From contig JACPKU010000004.1 of NCBI GenBank assembly GCA_016186915.1, positions 67,168 through 131,167 of the forward strand: a stretch of 64,000 nucleotides of DNA, in the 5' to 3' direction. The notes beneath the pieces are model-generated. The model had not been told where the DNA came from, made no database searches, and saw only the letters and a list, made by a program, of their open reading frames with translations. This DNA is from Candidatus Doudnabacteria bacterium. Lineage in GTDB: Bacteria; Patescibacteriota; Doudnabacteria; UBA920; O2-02-FULL-48-8. Of the stretch, positions 1 through 9,504 are shown piece after piece (position 1 is the first letter of the stretch; every line of letters starts with the position of its first letter). A program made the translations under genes and the position numbers.

Positions 1-407
1 GAATTTACCGTTCTCTTGAAAAACATGAGAAGCTGGTTGAGTTTGCAGAAAAAGCTTGAGTCTTTCATCAGGCAACTCGCAGAGTAATAGAAAAGAGAAG
101 CCAGTAAGAACATCTGTCCTCTTCTATACCTAAAACCCCGGCCGTACTTGGTCGGGGTTTTAGCAAAAGTGCACTATATTCATTTGAGACTTTCGCGTTA
201 ATGGTCTTTGTTTCGGCTTTAGCGCCTAGAGCTTACCGCAGGACTCTTTTAGGTAGAGTGCACTTGCATGACTGGATTAATCATCCGATGCTCTCCTTTC
301 AATTTAAGTCTATTCCTAGGTTATTTTTTCGTCAAGACCAAAGCCTTGAATGTTTGCTGCGGATTTGCTAGGATATAGTGCTAAATAATCAACAAAGATT
401 ATAGATT

Positions 408-2156
408 ATGAACAAGATATTTTCGCTAATCTTAGCCATTTTTGTCCTTACTTTAGCTGCCTTCCCTGCAATTGGCGAGGCGGCCAATGGCTTATTTATC
501 AGTCAAACTTCTGTTAATTTACAAACTGGACAAAGCACGACTTTGAATGTCACTGTGCCGTTTGGAGAAACAGCCAATGTGTTGGGCAATACCAACACGA
601 GTGTGGCTACGGCGTATATTACTGGCAACTTTTTGTTTATCAGCGCATTGAACAACGGCAGTACCACAATTAGGGTCTGCACCAATAGTCTTAACTGCGT
701 GAGTGTCTTTGTTACCGTGAGCGGATCTGGTTCAGGCGGCCAGATCAGCTTTAGTCCAAGCTCGGTTTCTTTGAATGTCGGGGAGAGCCGCGTGGCCACA
801 GTATTTAATAGCACGGGAAACAGTTTGTTTGTTTCCAATAATTCTAATTCCAATGTTGCGAGCGTGTCACTGTCATTCAACAGCATTACTGTGCAGGGCC
901 TAAACAACGGCAGTACCACGATCACAATTTGCGCCAACAGTAACTTTAATAATCAGTGCGGCAGTTTGTTTGTCACAGTGAGTGGCTTTGGCGGCGGCGG
1001 GGATTTAACATTTAGCAACAGCAATCCGTTTCTCAACATCAGCGAGACCAGGACCATCAGCGTGTTCAACACGCAAAGCAACAGTTTATTTATTTCCAGC
1101 AATTCCAACCCAAACGTGGTGTTTGCATCTGTGTCATTCAATACCGTGAATTTGTTTGGCCAAAACAGCGGCACTGCTACGGTCCGAATTTGTGAGAACA
1201 ATTTAAGCCGTTGCGGCAACATTTTTGTCACGGTGGGCACTGGGGGTGGTGGCAATCAAGTCGTGATCAGCCAGGACAGCGTGGTTTTGAACGTTAACCA
1301 GAACATCAACCTTAATATTTTCGGGGCTTTCGGTTCATTCTTTATTTCCAATAATTCCAATTCTAATGTGGCAGACGCCAGTATCTCTGGCAACAACCTT
1401 TGGATTTTTGGCCGCCAGTCAGGGGTTACCACCATCAGGGTTTGCGCACTGAACAACTCTTCTTTCTGCGACACCGTGCTGGTCACCGTGGGCAGTGGCT
1501 CCACCAACCAAATAGTGTTTGAAACCAACAACGTCAACCTGACTGTTGGCGCCACTAAAACCATAAAGGTGTTCGACACGCAGAACAGTAACCAGTCCTT
1601 GTTTGTCTCCAACAATTCCAACACCAATGTGGTAGATGTGTCTGCAGGCGCTGATTATGTCAATTTGTTTGCCAAGCAGAACGGCTCTGCCAACATTATT
1701 ATCTGCCGCTCCTCAACCAGCTACTGCGGCATTCTTGCTGTCACCGTGGGCGGCATTATCTCTGGAAATTTGATTTATCAAAACGGCACACTGGTCAATG
1801 ACAACGGCACAATTTACATCACTTACAAAAATTCCAAAAGCGGCTTTGCGAATTTACCGGCGTTCACAGGCTTGGGCTTCAAACTGTCCAGCGTGATCAG
1901 CGGCTCCACCTCGTCCCTGACTAACACCGGCTATGTGATTAGTAACCCGAACATTGCTCATCCCTGGGGCAGTTGGTTGAAGAGCGGCCAGACCGTTTAC
2001 TTTGTCCACGAGTCAGGCTTAATCCCGATTCCAAGTTTTGACGTGTTTCTGAACAACGGGGGTACAAGCCGTTTGGTAGTGGATGCGAATTTCAGAGATT
2101 TCGCCATTAAATCAATTCTGCCTGTAATGAGCCCCGACGATCAGCGACTGAAATAA
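408..2156 (+). CDS. Secreted repetitive surface protein with five ~85-aa N/S/T-rich Ig-like repeats
   Basis: N-terminal signal peptide (MNKIFSLILAIFVLTLAAFPAIGEA). Five tandem ~85-aa repeats, each with ...LFVSNNSN..V...TTIRVC..N...CG.LFVTV.G plus G-rich linkers. Function unknown. Confidence 0.6.
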   Translation: MNKIFSLILAIFVLTLAAFPAIGEAANGLFISQTSVNLQTGQSTTLNVTVPFGETANVLGNTNTSVATAYITGNFLFISALNNGSTTIRVCTNSLNCVSVFVTVSGSGSGGQISFSPSSVSLNVGESRVATVFNSTGNSLFVSNNSNSNVASVSLSFNSITVQGLNNGSTTITICANSNFNNQCGSLFVTVSGFGGGGDLTFSNSNPFLNISETRTISVFNTQSNSLFISSNSNPNVVFASVSFNTVNLFGQNSGTATVRICENNLSRCGNIFVTVGTGGGGNQVVISQDSVVLNVNQNINLNIFGAFGSFFISNNSNSNVADASISGNNLWIFGRQSGVTTIRVCALNNSSFCDTVLVTVGSGSTNQIVFETNNVNLTVGATKTIKVFDTQNSNQSLFVSNNSNTNVVDVSAGADYVNLFAKQNGSANIIICRSSTSYCGILAVTVGGIISGNLIYQNGTLVNDNGTIYITYKNSKSGFANLPAFTGLGFKLSSVISGSTSSLTNTGYVISNPNIAHPWGSWLKSGQTVYFVHESGLIPIPSFDVFLNNGGTSRLVVDANFRDFAIKSILPVMSPDDQRLK

Positions 2157-2228
2157 AAGTATTTTTGTGCTATATTGATATTGAACAGCTTAAACTTATA
2201 GAAATTCAAGATTTCTTTAAGAAAGGGG

Positions 2229-2489
2229 GTGAATTTGATGGCAGGACATAGCAGAGGTTTACACTTGCTAACTTTTACTTTGTTGGTAATCGGGGGTCTT
2301 AATTGGCTGCTGTTGGCATTGTTTAATTGGGAGGTAGGCAGTTTGTTTGGCGGCATGGATGCCGTAGTATCCAAGATTATTTATATCTTGGTCGGATTGT
2401 CAGCGATTTATGAAGCGGCCACGCACGGTTCAAGATGCCGCGCTTGCAAGCCTGATGGCAGTGCACCAGCAGCGCCAATGAACCAATAA
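2229..2489 (+). CDS. DUF378-family small membrane protein
   Basis: IGGLNWLLLALFNW...LVGLSAIYEA is typical of the DUF378/YuzA family. Start is GTG at 2229 or ATG at 2238. Confidence 0.6.
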   Translation: MNLMAGHSRGLHLLTFTLLVIGGLNWLLLALFNWEVGSLFGGMDAVVSKIIYILVGLSAIYEAATHGSRCRACKPDGSAPAAPMNQ

Positions 2490-2602
2490 TTTTGTTTTCA
2501 GTACAGCCCTCTTTTAAAGATCATCTTTGCAATATGCAAAGATGATCTTTGTAATCTTTAGGCCTTGCATTTATAGGGACTTAACCGTAAACTTAAGTTG
2601 TC

Positions 2603-3358
2603 ATGGAAGAGACGATTAGCAATAAAAAATTGTTAACCACCCAAGAAGCGGTGGATGAACTGGTCGGGGAGCAATTCGTCGAATGGCTTTTCGAGTTTAT
2701 CGTTCACGAATTGCAAACCTGGCCGCCGCTGGAAAAAATCAGCAGCGGCAAATTCAAGCAAGAAAAAATTAGAAAATTTATGATCCAACGATACCTTGAT
2801 TCAAAAGCAGTCTGGGGAGGGACAGGAGAAGATCCGGGTTTTTTGGGTTTTGTGATTGCCAATCTTTCTGAATCAGACGACCCAACAGCTGAAACCGCGC
2901 TGTCTGCCATAGAAGTTAGATACGAAGAAGAAAAGCATGGCCTGTCCCGCGAGCTTTGGGAGAATTTAATGAAAGAGTTGGGGGTGGGAGCCGAAGAATT
3001 GAAGTTGTCGGAGCCGAAGGAGTCGGGCAGAAACTATGTTTCAGATTTGTCGGAGCTATATTCCGCCTCGGAGTGGCAGACCGCAGCGGGTGCTTTGGCT
3101 GCTTACCAGATAATGAACCTTGAGGAAAGCAGGGCGCTGGTGCAGCTGCTCAAAAATAACACCCAAGTTTCTGATCCTGGTTTGCAGGCTTTAAAAATCT
3201 CTGCGGAGCAGGATAATAAGACGGTGATTAATCCGGCCAAAATTTTGGAGAAGATAGTGTTTGATAAAGAGAATAAACAGCTGGTCTGGAATGGTGTTTG
3301 GCGCCATTTGGATGCGCGGAAACTGTATTGCGAAAAAATTATGAAATATTTGGAATAG
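2603..3358 (+). CDS. Hypothetical protein
   Basis: Long ORF in the coding-dense region. No recognisable motif. Confidence 0.4.
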   Translation: MEETISNKKLLTTQEAVDELVGEQFVEWLFEFIVHELQTWPPLEKISSGKFKQEKIRKFMIQRYLDSKAVWGGTGEDPGFLGFVIANLSESDDPTAETALSAIEVRYEEEKHGLSRELWENLMKELGVGAEELKLSEPKESGRNYVSDLSELYSASEWQTAAGALAAYQIMNLEESRALVQLLKNNTQVSDPGLQALKISAEQDNKTVINPAKILEKIVFDKENKQLVWNGVWRHLDARKLYCEKIMKYLE

Positions 3359-3363
3359 CGATA

Positions 3364-4182
3364 ATGCCGGCAAAGATTATTGACAGCAGGCAAATTGCCC
3401 AAACTATTATTGAGCGGTTAAAAACAGAGGTCAGTAAATTAAATTTTCGGCCTTTGTTTTGCGATATTCTGGTGGGGAGCGATCCTGTCTCTCTGTCATT
3501 TGTCAAGCTCAAAGGAAAGAGAGCAGAGGAGATAGGCTTGGATTTTAAGATGATTCAACTTTCAGAAAACACGACCACCGAGCAGTTGATTGAACAGATT
3601 GAGCAACTGGGGCGTGAGCCGAACCTTAGCGGTTTAATTGTGCAGCTGCCTTTGCCTCCCCACATCGACCAAAAAAAAATTTTGGATTCAATTGATCCAA
3701 GCCTTGATGCGGACTGTCTAAGCGGACAGTCAAAACTTGTGCCGCCGACTGCGGGTGCGGTTTTGACCATCCTTGATTCTTTGGGTCTGGACTTGTCCAG
3801 CAAGCAAATTTTAGTGGTTGGGCAAGGAGAGCTGGTTGGCAAGCCTGTGAGCAAATTGTTAAAACAAAGGGGACTAAGCATTATGTCGGCAGACAGGGCC
3901 ACTAAAAATTTATCGAACTTGACCAGATCAGCCGATGTAATAATTTCCGGAGCCGGTCAGCCTGGGCTGATTAAGAAAAACTCAATTAAGGACGGTGCGG
4001 TTTTGATTGATGCGGGTACAGCGGATCAGGCCGGCGGGATTGTGGGGGATATAGATACTGCTTCGGTTTCGGAGAAGGCCTCATATATTTCAGCCACCCC
4101 GGGCGGAGTGGGGCCGGTGACTGTGGCTAAACTCTTGGAAAATGTGGTCAAACTTGCTAAGATGAAAAAGAAGTATGTATGA
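3364..4182 (+). CDS. folD: Bifunctional methylenetetrahydrofolate dehydrogenase/cyclohydrolase
   Basis: MPAKIIDSRQIAQ...ILVGSDPVS...LPLPPHID...ATPGGVGPVTVAKLLEN are FolD hallmarks. Start placed at ATG 3364 inside the listed ORF. Confidence 0.85.
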   Translation: MPAKIIDSRQIAQTIIERLKTEVSKLNFRPLFCDILVGSDPVSLSFVKLKGKRAEEIGLDFKMIQLSENTTTEQLIEQIEQLGREPNLSGLIVQLPLPPHIDQKKILDSIDPSLDADCLSGQSKLVPPTAGAVLTILDSLGLDLSSKQILVVGQGELVGKPVSKLLKQRGLSIMSADRATKNLSNLTRSADVIISGAGQPGLIKKNSIKDGAVLIDAGTADQAGGIVGDIDTASVSEKASYISATPGGVGPVTVAKLLENVVKLAKMKKKYV

Positions 4183-5134
4183 TTTGATAATCGTAGGAGG
4201 GGGAGTGAGCGCGTTTGCCGCCGCCCTGTTCGCTGGACGGCGAGGGCTTACGACCCTGGTGATTGCCAAAGACATCGGCGGGCAGGCAAATTTTACTGAT
4301 CTGATAGAAAACTACCCCGGGGTCAAAAGCATAGGCGGATATGAGCTAGTCAGCAAGATTAGAAAGCAAGCGGAAGAGTACGAGGTGGAAGTGTTGTCAG
4401 CCGAAGTTGGAAGTTTGAAGAGCGCTAATAAGGCGTTTGTCTTGACCGCATACGGCAAGCAATATAAAACTCAAACGGTGGTCTTGGCTTTTGGCAAAAC
4501 GCCGCGGGACCTGTCAGTTCCGGGGGAAGAAGAGTTCAAGGGCCGCGGAGTTTCATATTGTGCGAACTGCGATGCCCCGCTTTTTAAAAATAAGGCGGTA
4601 ACAGTGGCGGGCGTTGGAGATCTGAATTTAGAAGCTTGCTTGCTCTCTGCCAGATTCGCCAAAAAAGTTTACGTGCTATCTAAGACGGACAAGCTGACCG
4701 GACACCCGGCTCTTCTCAAAGCAGTAAAGACCAAGCAAAATATCGAGCTGATACCATTTGTCCAAATTTTGGAAATTCAGGGGCGAGAAAAACTGGAGGC
4801 TTTAAGATTGCAGGATTTGAAAACTGGCAAAGAAAAAGAACTGAAAACCGACGGACTGTTTGTGGAGCTGGGTTATGTGGTTAAATCCCAATTCTTGACA
4901 GGGCTGCTACAATTAGATAAGGAAGGACAAATAGTTGTAAATCAGGATCAATCCACTTCAGTTGCCGGTATTTTTGCCGCCGGCGACTGCACCAACCGGC
5001 CTTACAAACAAGCGGTTATCTCTGCCGGCGAAGGGGCAGCAGCTGGCATGGCGGCCTACGATTGGCTAATGCGCAAGCAAGGAGGCCGGGGCCTAACTTC
5101 TGACTGGACGGAAATAAAACGAGTTAAAAGTTAG
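4175..5134 (+). CDS. Thioredoxin-reductase-like FAD/NAD(P) disulfide oxidoreductase (paralog)
   Basis: N-terminal GxGxxA FAD motif (IIVGGGVSAFAAA) and CANC redox motif. Overall TrxB fold pattern. Confidence 0.65.
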   Translation: MYDLIIVGGGVSAFAAALFAGRRGLTTLVIAKDIGGQANFTDLIENYPGVKSIGGYELVSKIRKQAEEYEVEVLSAEVGSLKSANKAFVLTAYGKQYKTQTVVLAFGKTPRDLSVPGEEEFKGRGVSYCANCDAPLFKNKAVTVAGVGDLNLEACLLSARFAKKVYVLSKTDKLTGHPALLKAVKTKQNIELIPFVQILEIQGREKLEALRLQDLKTGKEKELKTDGLFVELGYVVKSQFLTGLLQLDKEGQIVVNQDQSTSVAGIFAAGDCTNRPYKQAVISAGEGAAAGMAAYDWLMRKQGGRGLTSDWTEIKRVKS

Positions 5135-5200
5135 TAAAGTTCTAAGTTCATAAAGTATAGGACTTTTTAAACTCAGAACTTAGAACCTAGAACTAAATCT

Positions 5201-6154
5201 ATGAATCACCACAAGCTCATTATAATCGGTTCGGGGCCAGCAGGATTGACTGCGGCCTTGTACGCGGCCAGGGCAGAACTCAAGCCTTTGGTTATTGCCG
5301 GTGTCACCTTTGGCGGACAGCTGATGACCACCACTGAGGTGGAAAATTTTCCGGGTTTTCCAGACGGCAGGCAGGGACCGGAACTCATGCAAGATATGGT
5401 TAAACAGGCAGAACGATTTGGCGCCCAGATGATTTATGATGATGCCATTAAGGTTGATTTTTCCGCCAAAGGCGGATCCGCCTCGGGCGGAAAGAATCAA
5501 CCGTTCAAAGTAGCCACTGGTGATAAGGAATTTACTGCCGACTCCGTAATCATTGCCACGGGCGCCACTTACAAATGGCTAGGTTTGCCCTCGGAGACCA
5601 AATATCGAGGCAAAGGAATTTCTGCCTGCGCCACATGCGATGGGTTTTTCTTCAAGGAGAAGGAGATAATCGTGGTGGGCGGCGGGGACGCGGCCATGGA
5701 AGAGGCTTTGTATCTGACCAAGTTTGCCAGTAAGGTTGTGATTCTTAATCGTACAGGAAAGCTTCGCGCGTCAAAAATTATGCAGGATCGGGTCAAGGCC
5801 AACAGCAAGATCAGCATTGAATACAATAAGCAAGTTGAAGAGTTTTTGGGAGGAGAGAAGCTTACCGGCGGCAAGATCAAGGATAGTGTCAGCGGCCAGG
5901 CGGATGAACGAAAATTTGACGGCGCGTTTATTGCCATAGGACACAAACCAAGCTCGGATATTTTCCGAGGCCAGATTGAGCTGGATGAAAAGGGGTTTGT
6001 AATACCGAAGGATCTGACGCGCACCTCGGTGGAGGGGGTGTTTGTAGCAGGCGATGTCCAGGATCACCGCTACCGCCAAGCCGTGACTGCCGCAGGATTG
6101 GGCTGTATGGCGGCTTTGGACGCGGAGAAGTATTTAGAAATGGACCATGGATAA
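5201..6154 (+). CDS. trxB: Thioredoxin reductase
   Basis: IIGSGPAGLTAALYAAR, CATCDGFFF redox-active motif, GGGDAAMEEALYLT NADPH site, AGDVQD. Carries an in-frame palindromic-element insertion encoding KGGSASGGK at 5463-5490. Confidence 0.85.
   Translation: MNHHKLIIIGSGPAGLTAALYAARAELKPLVIAGVTFGGQLMTTTEVENFPGFPDGRQGPELMQDMVKQAERFGAQMIYDDAIKVDFSAKGGSASGGKNQPFKVATGDKEFTADSVIIATGATYKWLGLPSETKYRGKGISACATCDGFFFKEKEIIVVGGGDAAMEEALYLTKFASKVVILNRTGKLRASKIMQDRVKANSKISIEYNKQVEEFLGGEKLTGGKIKDSVSGQADERKFDGAFIAIGHKPSSDIFRGQIELDEKGFVIPKDLTRTSVEGVFVAGDVQDHRYRQAVTAAGLGCMAALDAEKYLEMDHG
5463..5490. repeat. 28-bp GGATCC-centred palindromic element (ccgccaaaggcggatccgcctcgggcgg), in frame within trxB
   Basis: Near-perfect palindrome. 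Family members at 33673, 33744, 43853 and 47351. Confidence 0.8.
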
Positions 6155-6191
6155 AAATAGTAACGAGTAATTAGTAAAGAGGAATAATTTT

Positions 6192-7427
6192 GTGTCCAAG
6201 TTCAACGCTTTCGAAAATGCCATGCAGCAGCTGCGGACTGCGGCTAAAACCGCCAAAATAAGGCCGGATGTGTCGGAACGTCTGAAGCATCCGGATCGGG
6301 TTCTAAGCGTGAGCATTCCCGTGAAGATGGATGACGGCAGGATCAAAGTATTTGTAGGATACAGGTCGCAATACAACAATGCGCGCGGTCCGTACAAAGG
6401 TGGCTTGAGATTTCATCAAGATGTCGACTTAGACGAAGTAAAAGCTTTATCTTTCTGGATGGCCATCAAAAACGCCGTGGTCAATGTACCCTACGGCGGG
6501 GGCAAAGGCGGCATTACAGTTGATCCAAAACAATTATCCAAGCGAGAGTTGGAGCGATTATCCCGCGGATTTATCCAAAAGATTTACCGCAATATCGGCC
6601 CACACCTGGATGTGCCGGCCCCGGACGTAAACACCACGCCAGAAATTATGGCTTGGATGGTGGATGAATATTCCAAACTGGTGGGCAAATCAACCCCTGC
6701 GGTGATTACCGGCAAGCCGCTGAATAAAGGCGGTAGTCAGGGAAGGACAGAAGCCACTGGATACGGCGGGGTGGAGGTATTAAAAGAAGTTATCAAGGGG
6801 CAAGGGTTAAGGGGCAGGGGTCAAGGGGTGCGCGTAGCTATCCAAGGCTTTGGCAACGTTGGTTTGTATTTTGCTTTGTTTGCCCAAGCAGCAGGGTTCA
6901 AGGTAGTGGCTGTGTCTGATTCCAAATCAGGAATTTATAATCCCCAAGGCTTAGATATAAAAAAAATAAGCAAGTGGAAAGAAAAAAACCGCCAGCTGCG
7001 CGGCTTCCCGGGTGCAAAAAATGTTAGCAACGAAAAATTATTGGAATTGCCTGTGGACGTGTTAGTGCCAGCGGCGCTAGAAAATCAAATTCACAAAGCC
7101 AATGCCAGCAAGATCAAAGCCAAACTGATTATAGAAATGGCCAATGGTCCGACCACCCCCGAAGCGGATCTGATTTTGGCAAAACGCAAAATCTCTGTCG
7201 TGCCTGACGTGCTGTCCAACTCCGGCGGGGTTGCCACTTCTTATCTAGAATGGTATCAAAATCTGCATCAGCAAAAATGGAGCAAGGCTAAGGTCTTGAA
7301 ACGGTTGGAGAAGTTTATGGCACATGCATTTCGCGATGTCGCCAAGACTGCCAAGAAACATCGAACCACTTTGCGCAACGCCGCCTTCATCTTGGCTGTC
7401 CAGCGGATTGCCAAAGCCATGAAATAA
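6192..7427 (+). CDS. gdhA: Glutamate dehydrogenase (NAD(P)-specific)
   Basis: KGGLRFHQDVDLDEVKALSFWM...VPYGGGKGGI...GFGNVG are GDH signatures. GTG start. Confidence 0.85.
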   Translation: MSKFNAFENAMQQLRTAAKTAKIRPDVSERLKHPDRVLSVSIPVKMDDGRIKVFVGYRSQYNNARGPYKGGLRFHQDVDLDEVKALSFWMAIKNAVVNVPYGGGKGGITVDPKQLSKRELERLSRGFIQKIYRNIGPHLDVPAPDVNTTPEIMAWMVDEYSKLVGKSTPAVITGKPLNKGGSQGRTEATGYGGVEVLKEVIKGQGLRGRGQGVRVAIQGFGNVGLYFALFAQAAGFKVVAVSDSKSGIYNPQGLDIKKISKWKEKNRQLRGFPGAKNVSNEKLLELPVDVLVPAALENQIHKANASKIKAKLIIEMANGPTTPEADLILAKRKISVVPDVLSNSGGVATSYLEWYQNLHQQKWSKAKVLKRLEKFMAHAFRDVAKTAKKHRTTLRNAAFILAVQRIAKAMK

Positions 7428-7506
7428 TTATGAAATATCTAATCACCATTATCGGACTGATCGGCCTGTTGATTATTTTAGGTTTAGTTTTGAGATGAAA
7501 TATCAG

Positions 7507-7533
7507 CTTAACAAAACCCCGCTGAATCTTGGG
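7507..7533 (+). terminator. Rho-independent terminator-like hairpin (ccccgc..gcgggg + T-run) after gdh
   Basis: GC stem followed by TTTTT on the + strand. Confidence 0.5.
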
Positions 7534-7541
7534 CGGGGTTT

Positions 7542-8111
7542 TTAGTTGGAGCGCTCGACGTAAGTGCCAGACCTGGTGTCTACTCGGATGCTGTCACCTG
7601 CTTTGATGAACAAGGGCACATTGACGGTCAAACCAGTTTCCAGTTTAACTGGCTTGGTCGTGCCGGAAGCGGAGTCACCCTTGATCCCGGGCGGGGCTTC
7701 GATTACCTTCAGATCAATCTTGATCGGTAAATCCAGGCCGATCGACCGGCCTTCATAAGTGATGATAGTTGTTTCCATTCCTTCTTTGAGGTATCCCAAC
7801 TGATCTTCTGCCAAACTTTTAGGCACGGTAATGGTTTCGAAATTTTCTTGGTCCATAAAATGTGCACCTTCGTCGTCAGCGTAGAGAAACTGGACTTTCT
7901 TGCGAGCCACATCCGCTGCTTCCACCTTTTCGCCGTATTTAAACGAATACTCCACGACCTTGCCGCTAATCAGATTTCTTAGCTTAGTTTGGATTACGGG
8001 TTTGCGCTGGGCCGTGCGCATAAAATTCGACCAGATGATCTGGTGCGGTTCATTGTTGTATTTTACTATATGCCCGACTTTTTTTAGCTCGGAAAAGTCC
8101 AGAGTAGCCAT
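7542..8111 (-). CDS. efp: Elongation factor P
   Basis: Full-length EF-P architecture (MATLDFSELKKVGHIV...KPVKLETGLTVNVPLFI). Confidence 0.85.
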   Translation of the reverse strand: MATLDFSELKKVGHIVKYNNEPHQIIWSNFMRTAQRKPVIQTKLRNLISGKVVEYSFKYGEKVEAADVARKKVQFLYADDEGAHFMDQENFETITVPKSLAEDQLGYLKEGMETTIITYEGRSIGLDLPIKIDLKVIEAPPGIKGDSASGTTKPVKLETGLTVNVPLFIKAGDSIRVDTRSGTYVERSN

Positions 8112-8181
8112 AGGTCATGGATCACGTAACACGGAACAAAAATCAGGTGTTCAATGTTCTATGATATGTGTTATGTGATTT

Positions 8182-8403
8182 TTATGTGCTGGTAAATGGG
8201 AGCAGCGCCATGTGACGCCCATGTTTGAGCGCGCGGGTTACCATTCTCTGGTGCTTACCGCAGTTGCCGGTTTTTTTGGCCGACAGAATTTTGGCATGCG
8301 GAGACATAAAGCGGCGCAAAAACTGCGTGTCTTTGTAATCCACGTAGGAAATTTTTTCACTGCAGAACAAGCAGATTTTTTTAGTTTGCTGTTGGATAGC
8401 CAT
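8182..8403 (-). CDS. rpsR: 30S ribosomal protein S18
   Basis: CLFCSEKISYVDYKD...LRRFMS...KTGNCGKHQR is the S18 motif. Confidence 0.85.
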   Translation of the reverse strand: MAIQQQTKKICLFCSEKISYVDYKDTQFLRRFMSPHAKILSAKKTGNCGKHQRMVTRALKHGRHMALLPFTST

Positions 8404-8423
8404 ATTAATCGAATTTCTAATTC

Positions 8424-8846
8424 TTAAAAAGGGATGTCCGAGTCTTCGACCTGGATAGTGGGTTCCTCATTATTTGTGGGCTTGCTTTCCGTTGGCGGGA
8501 CAGTTGCCCCACCACTGCCCTTGCTGTCCAGCATAATCATATTATCAGCCACGATCTCGGTGCGGTTTCTTTTTTGTCCGTCGTTGCCTTCCCAGGTTCT
8601 GGTCTGCAGTCGGCCTTCGATATAAACCTTAGCGCCCTTTTTGAGGTATTGGCCGATGATCTCCGCCAGTTTTCTCCAAGCCACGACATTGTGGAACTCC
8701 ACTTGTTCTTGTTTTTGGCCTTGCTGGTTGGTCCAGGTGAAATTGGTAGCCACGCCGAATGAGGCAACGCTGGCGCCGTTGGGGGTGGTGCGGACTTCTG
8801 GGTCGCGGGTTAAGCGACCGATAATTTGGGCTTTGTTTAAATCCAT
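8424..8846 (-). CDS. ssb: Single-stranded DNA-binding protein
   Basis: OB-fold SSB sequence with acidic C-terminal DIPF tail. Confidence 0.85.
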   Translation of the reverse strand: MDLNKAQIIGRLTRDPEVRTTPNGASVASFGVATNFTWTNQQGQKQEQVEFHNVVAWRKLAEIIGQYLKKGAKVYIEGRLQTRTWEGNDGQKRNRTEIVADNMIMLDSKGSGGATVPPTESKPTNNEEPTIQVEDSDIPF

Positions 8847-8921
8847 AAATCATTCCCATTCCCGCGAAAGCGGGAATCTAATTATTTGACCCCGGATCGT
8901 GGTCCGGGATGACGCTTCGCG

Positions 8922-9377
8922 TCATTTTGTTAAATCCTCTGACTCGAGCGCGGTTTCAATCTTTTTCTCAAGTTCAGTATCAGTGAGCTTAATTTCTTGT
9001 TCAACTACCGGGACAGGTTCAATTTTTTTAGGCTTGCGGGAGAGTTTGAGTTTTTCCTGCAAGGCTTGAGTTTTGGTTTTTTGTCGTTCCATCTCCTCTA
9101 GGTTTACAATGATATAGCGGATGATTTGAGTGATGCTTCTGATTTTGTTGTTCAACGGTTCCAATTTTTCTCCGGCTAAATTAAAGGTCTGGAGAACATA
9201 AAAACCGTTCCGGGTTTTCTTGATGGGATAGGCCAATTTTTTCTTTCCCAGCATTTCTTTGGAAAGAATTGTTGCGTTCTGTTGTTTAAGATACAGTTCA
9301 ATTTCAGCAACCACGTTTGGCACTTCATCGTCGGAAACGGCTGAAGATAAAATATACATCAGCTCATATTTTGGCAT
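8922..9377 (-). CDS. rpsF: 30S ribosomal protein S6
   Basis: MPKYELMYIL...YPIKK..NGFYV is S6. Classical rpsF-ssb-rpsR arrangement. Confidence 0.85.
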   Translation of the reverse strand: MPKYELMYILSSAVSDDEVPNVVAEIELYLKQQNATILSKEMLGKKKLAYPIKKTRNGFYVLQTFNLAGEKLEPLNNKIRSITQIIRYIIVNLEEMERQKTKTQALQEKLKLSRKPKKIEPVPVVEQEIKLTDTELEKKIETALESEDLTK

Positions 9378-9504
9378 AAGGATTGAATCCTCTCGTCCTC
9401 CGAAGCTTTAGCGTAGGAGGATTTATCACCCCTCGACAATGCTTGGGGCGAATAATGAGTTAAATTTTATTGCTCGAGTAGTTTAACAAATTTGACGGTT
9501 AGGG

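Noticed and set aside
503-1627. Three antisense ORFs (503-937, 953-1255, 1256-1627, minus strand) inside the surface-protein gene
   Set aside because: They arise from the repetitive, low-complexity sense-strand sequence. No RBS. They are nested in a clearly coding frame on the other strand.
7430-7498. 22-codon hydrophobic mini-ORF (MKYLITIIGLIGLLIILGLVLR) between gdh and its terminator
   Set aside because: Too short to support from sequence alone. No clear RBS. Could be a chance ORF in a U-rich spacer.
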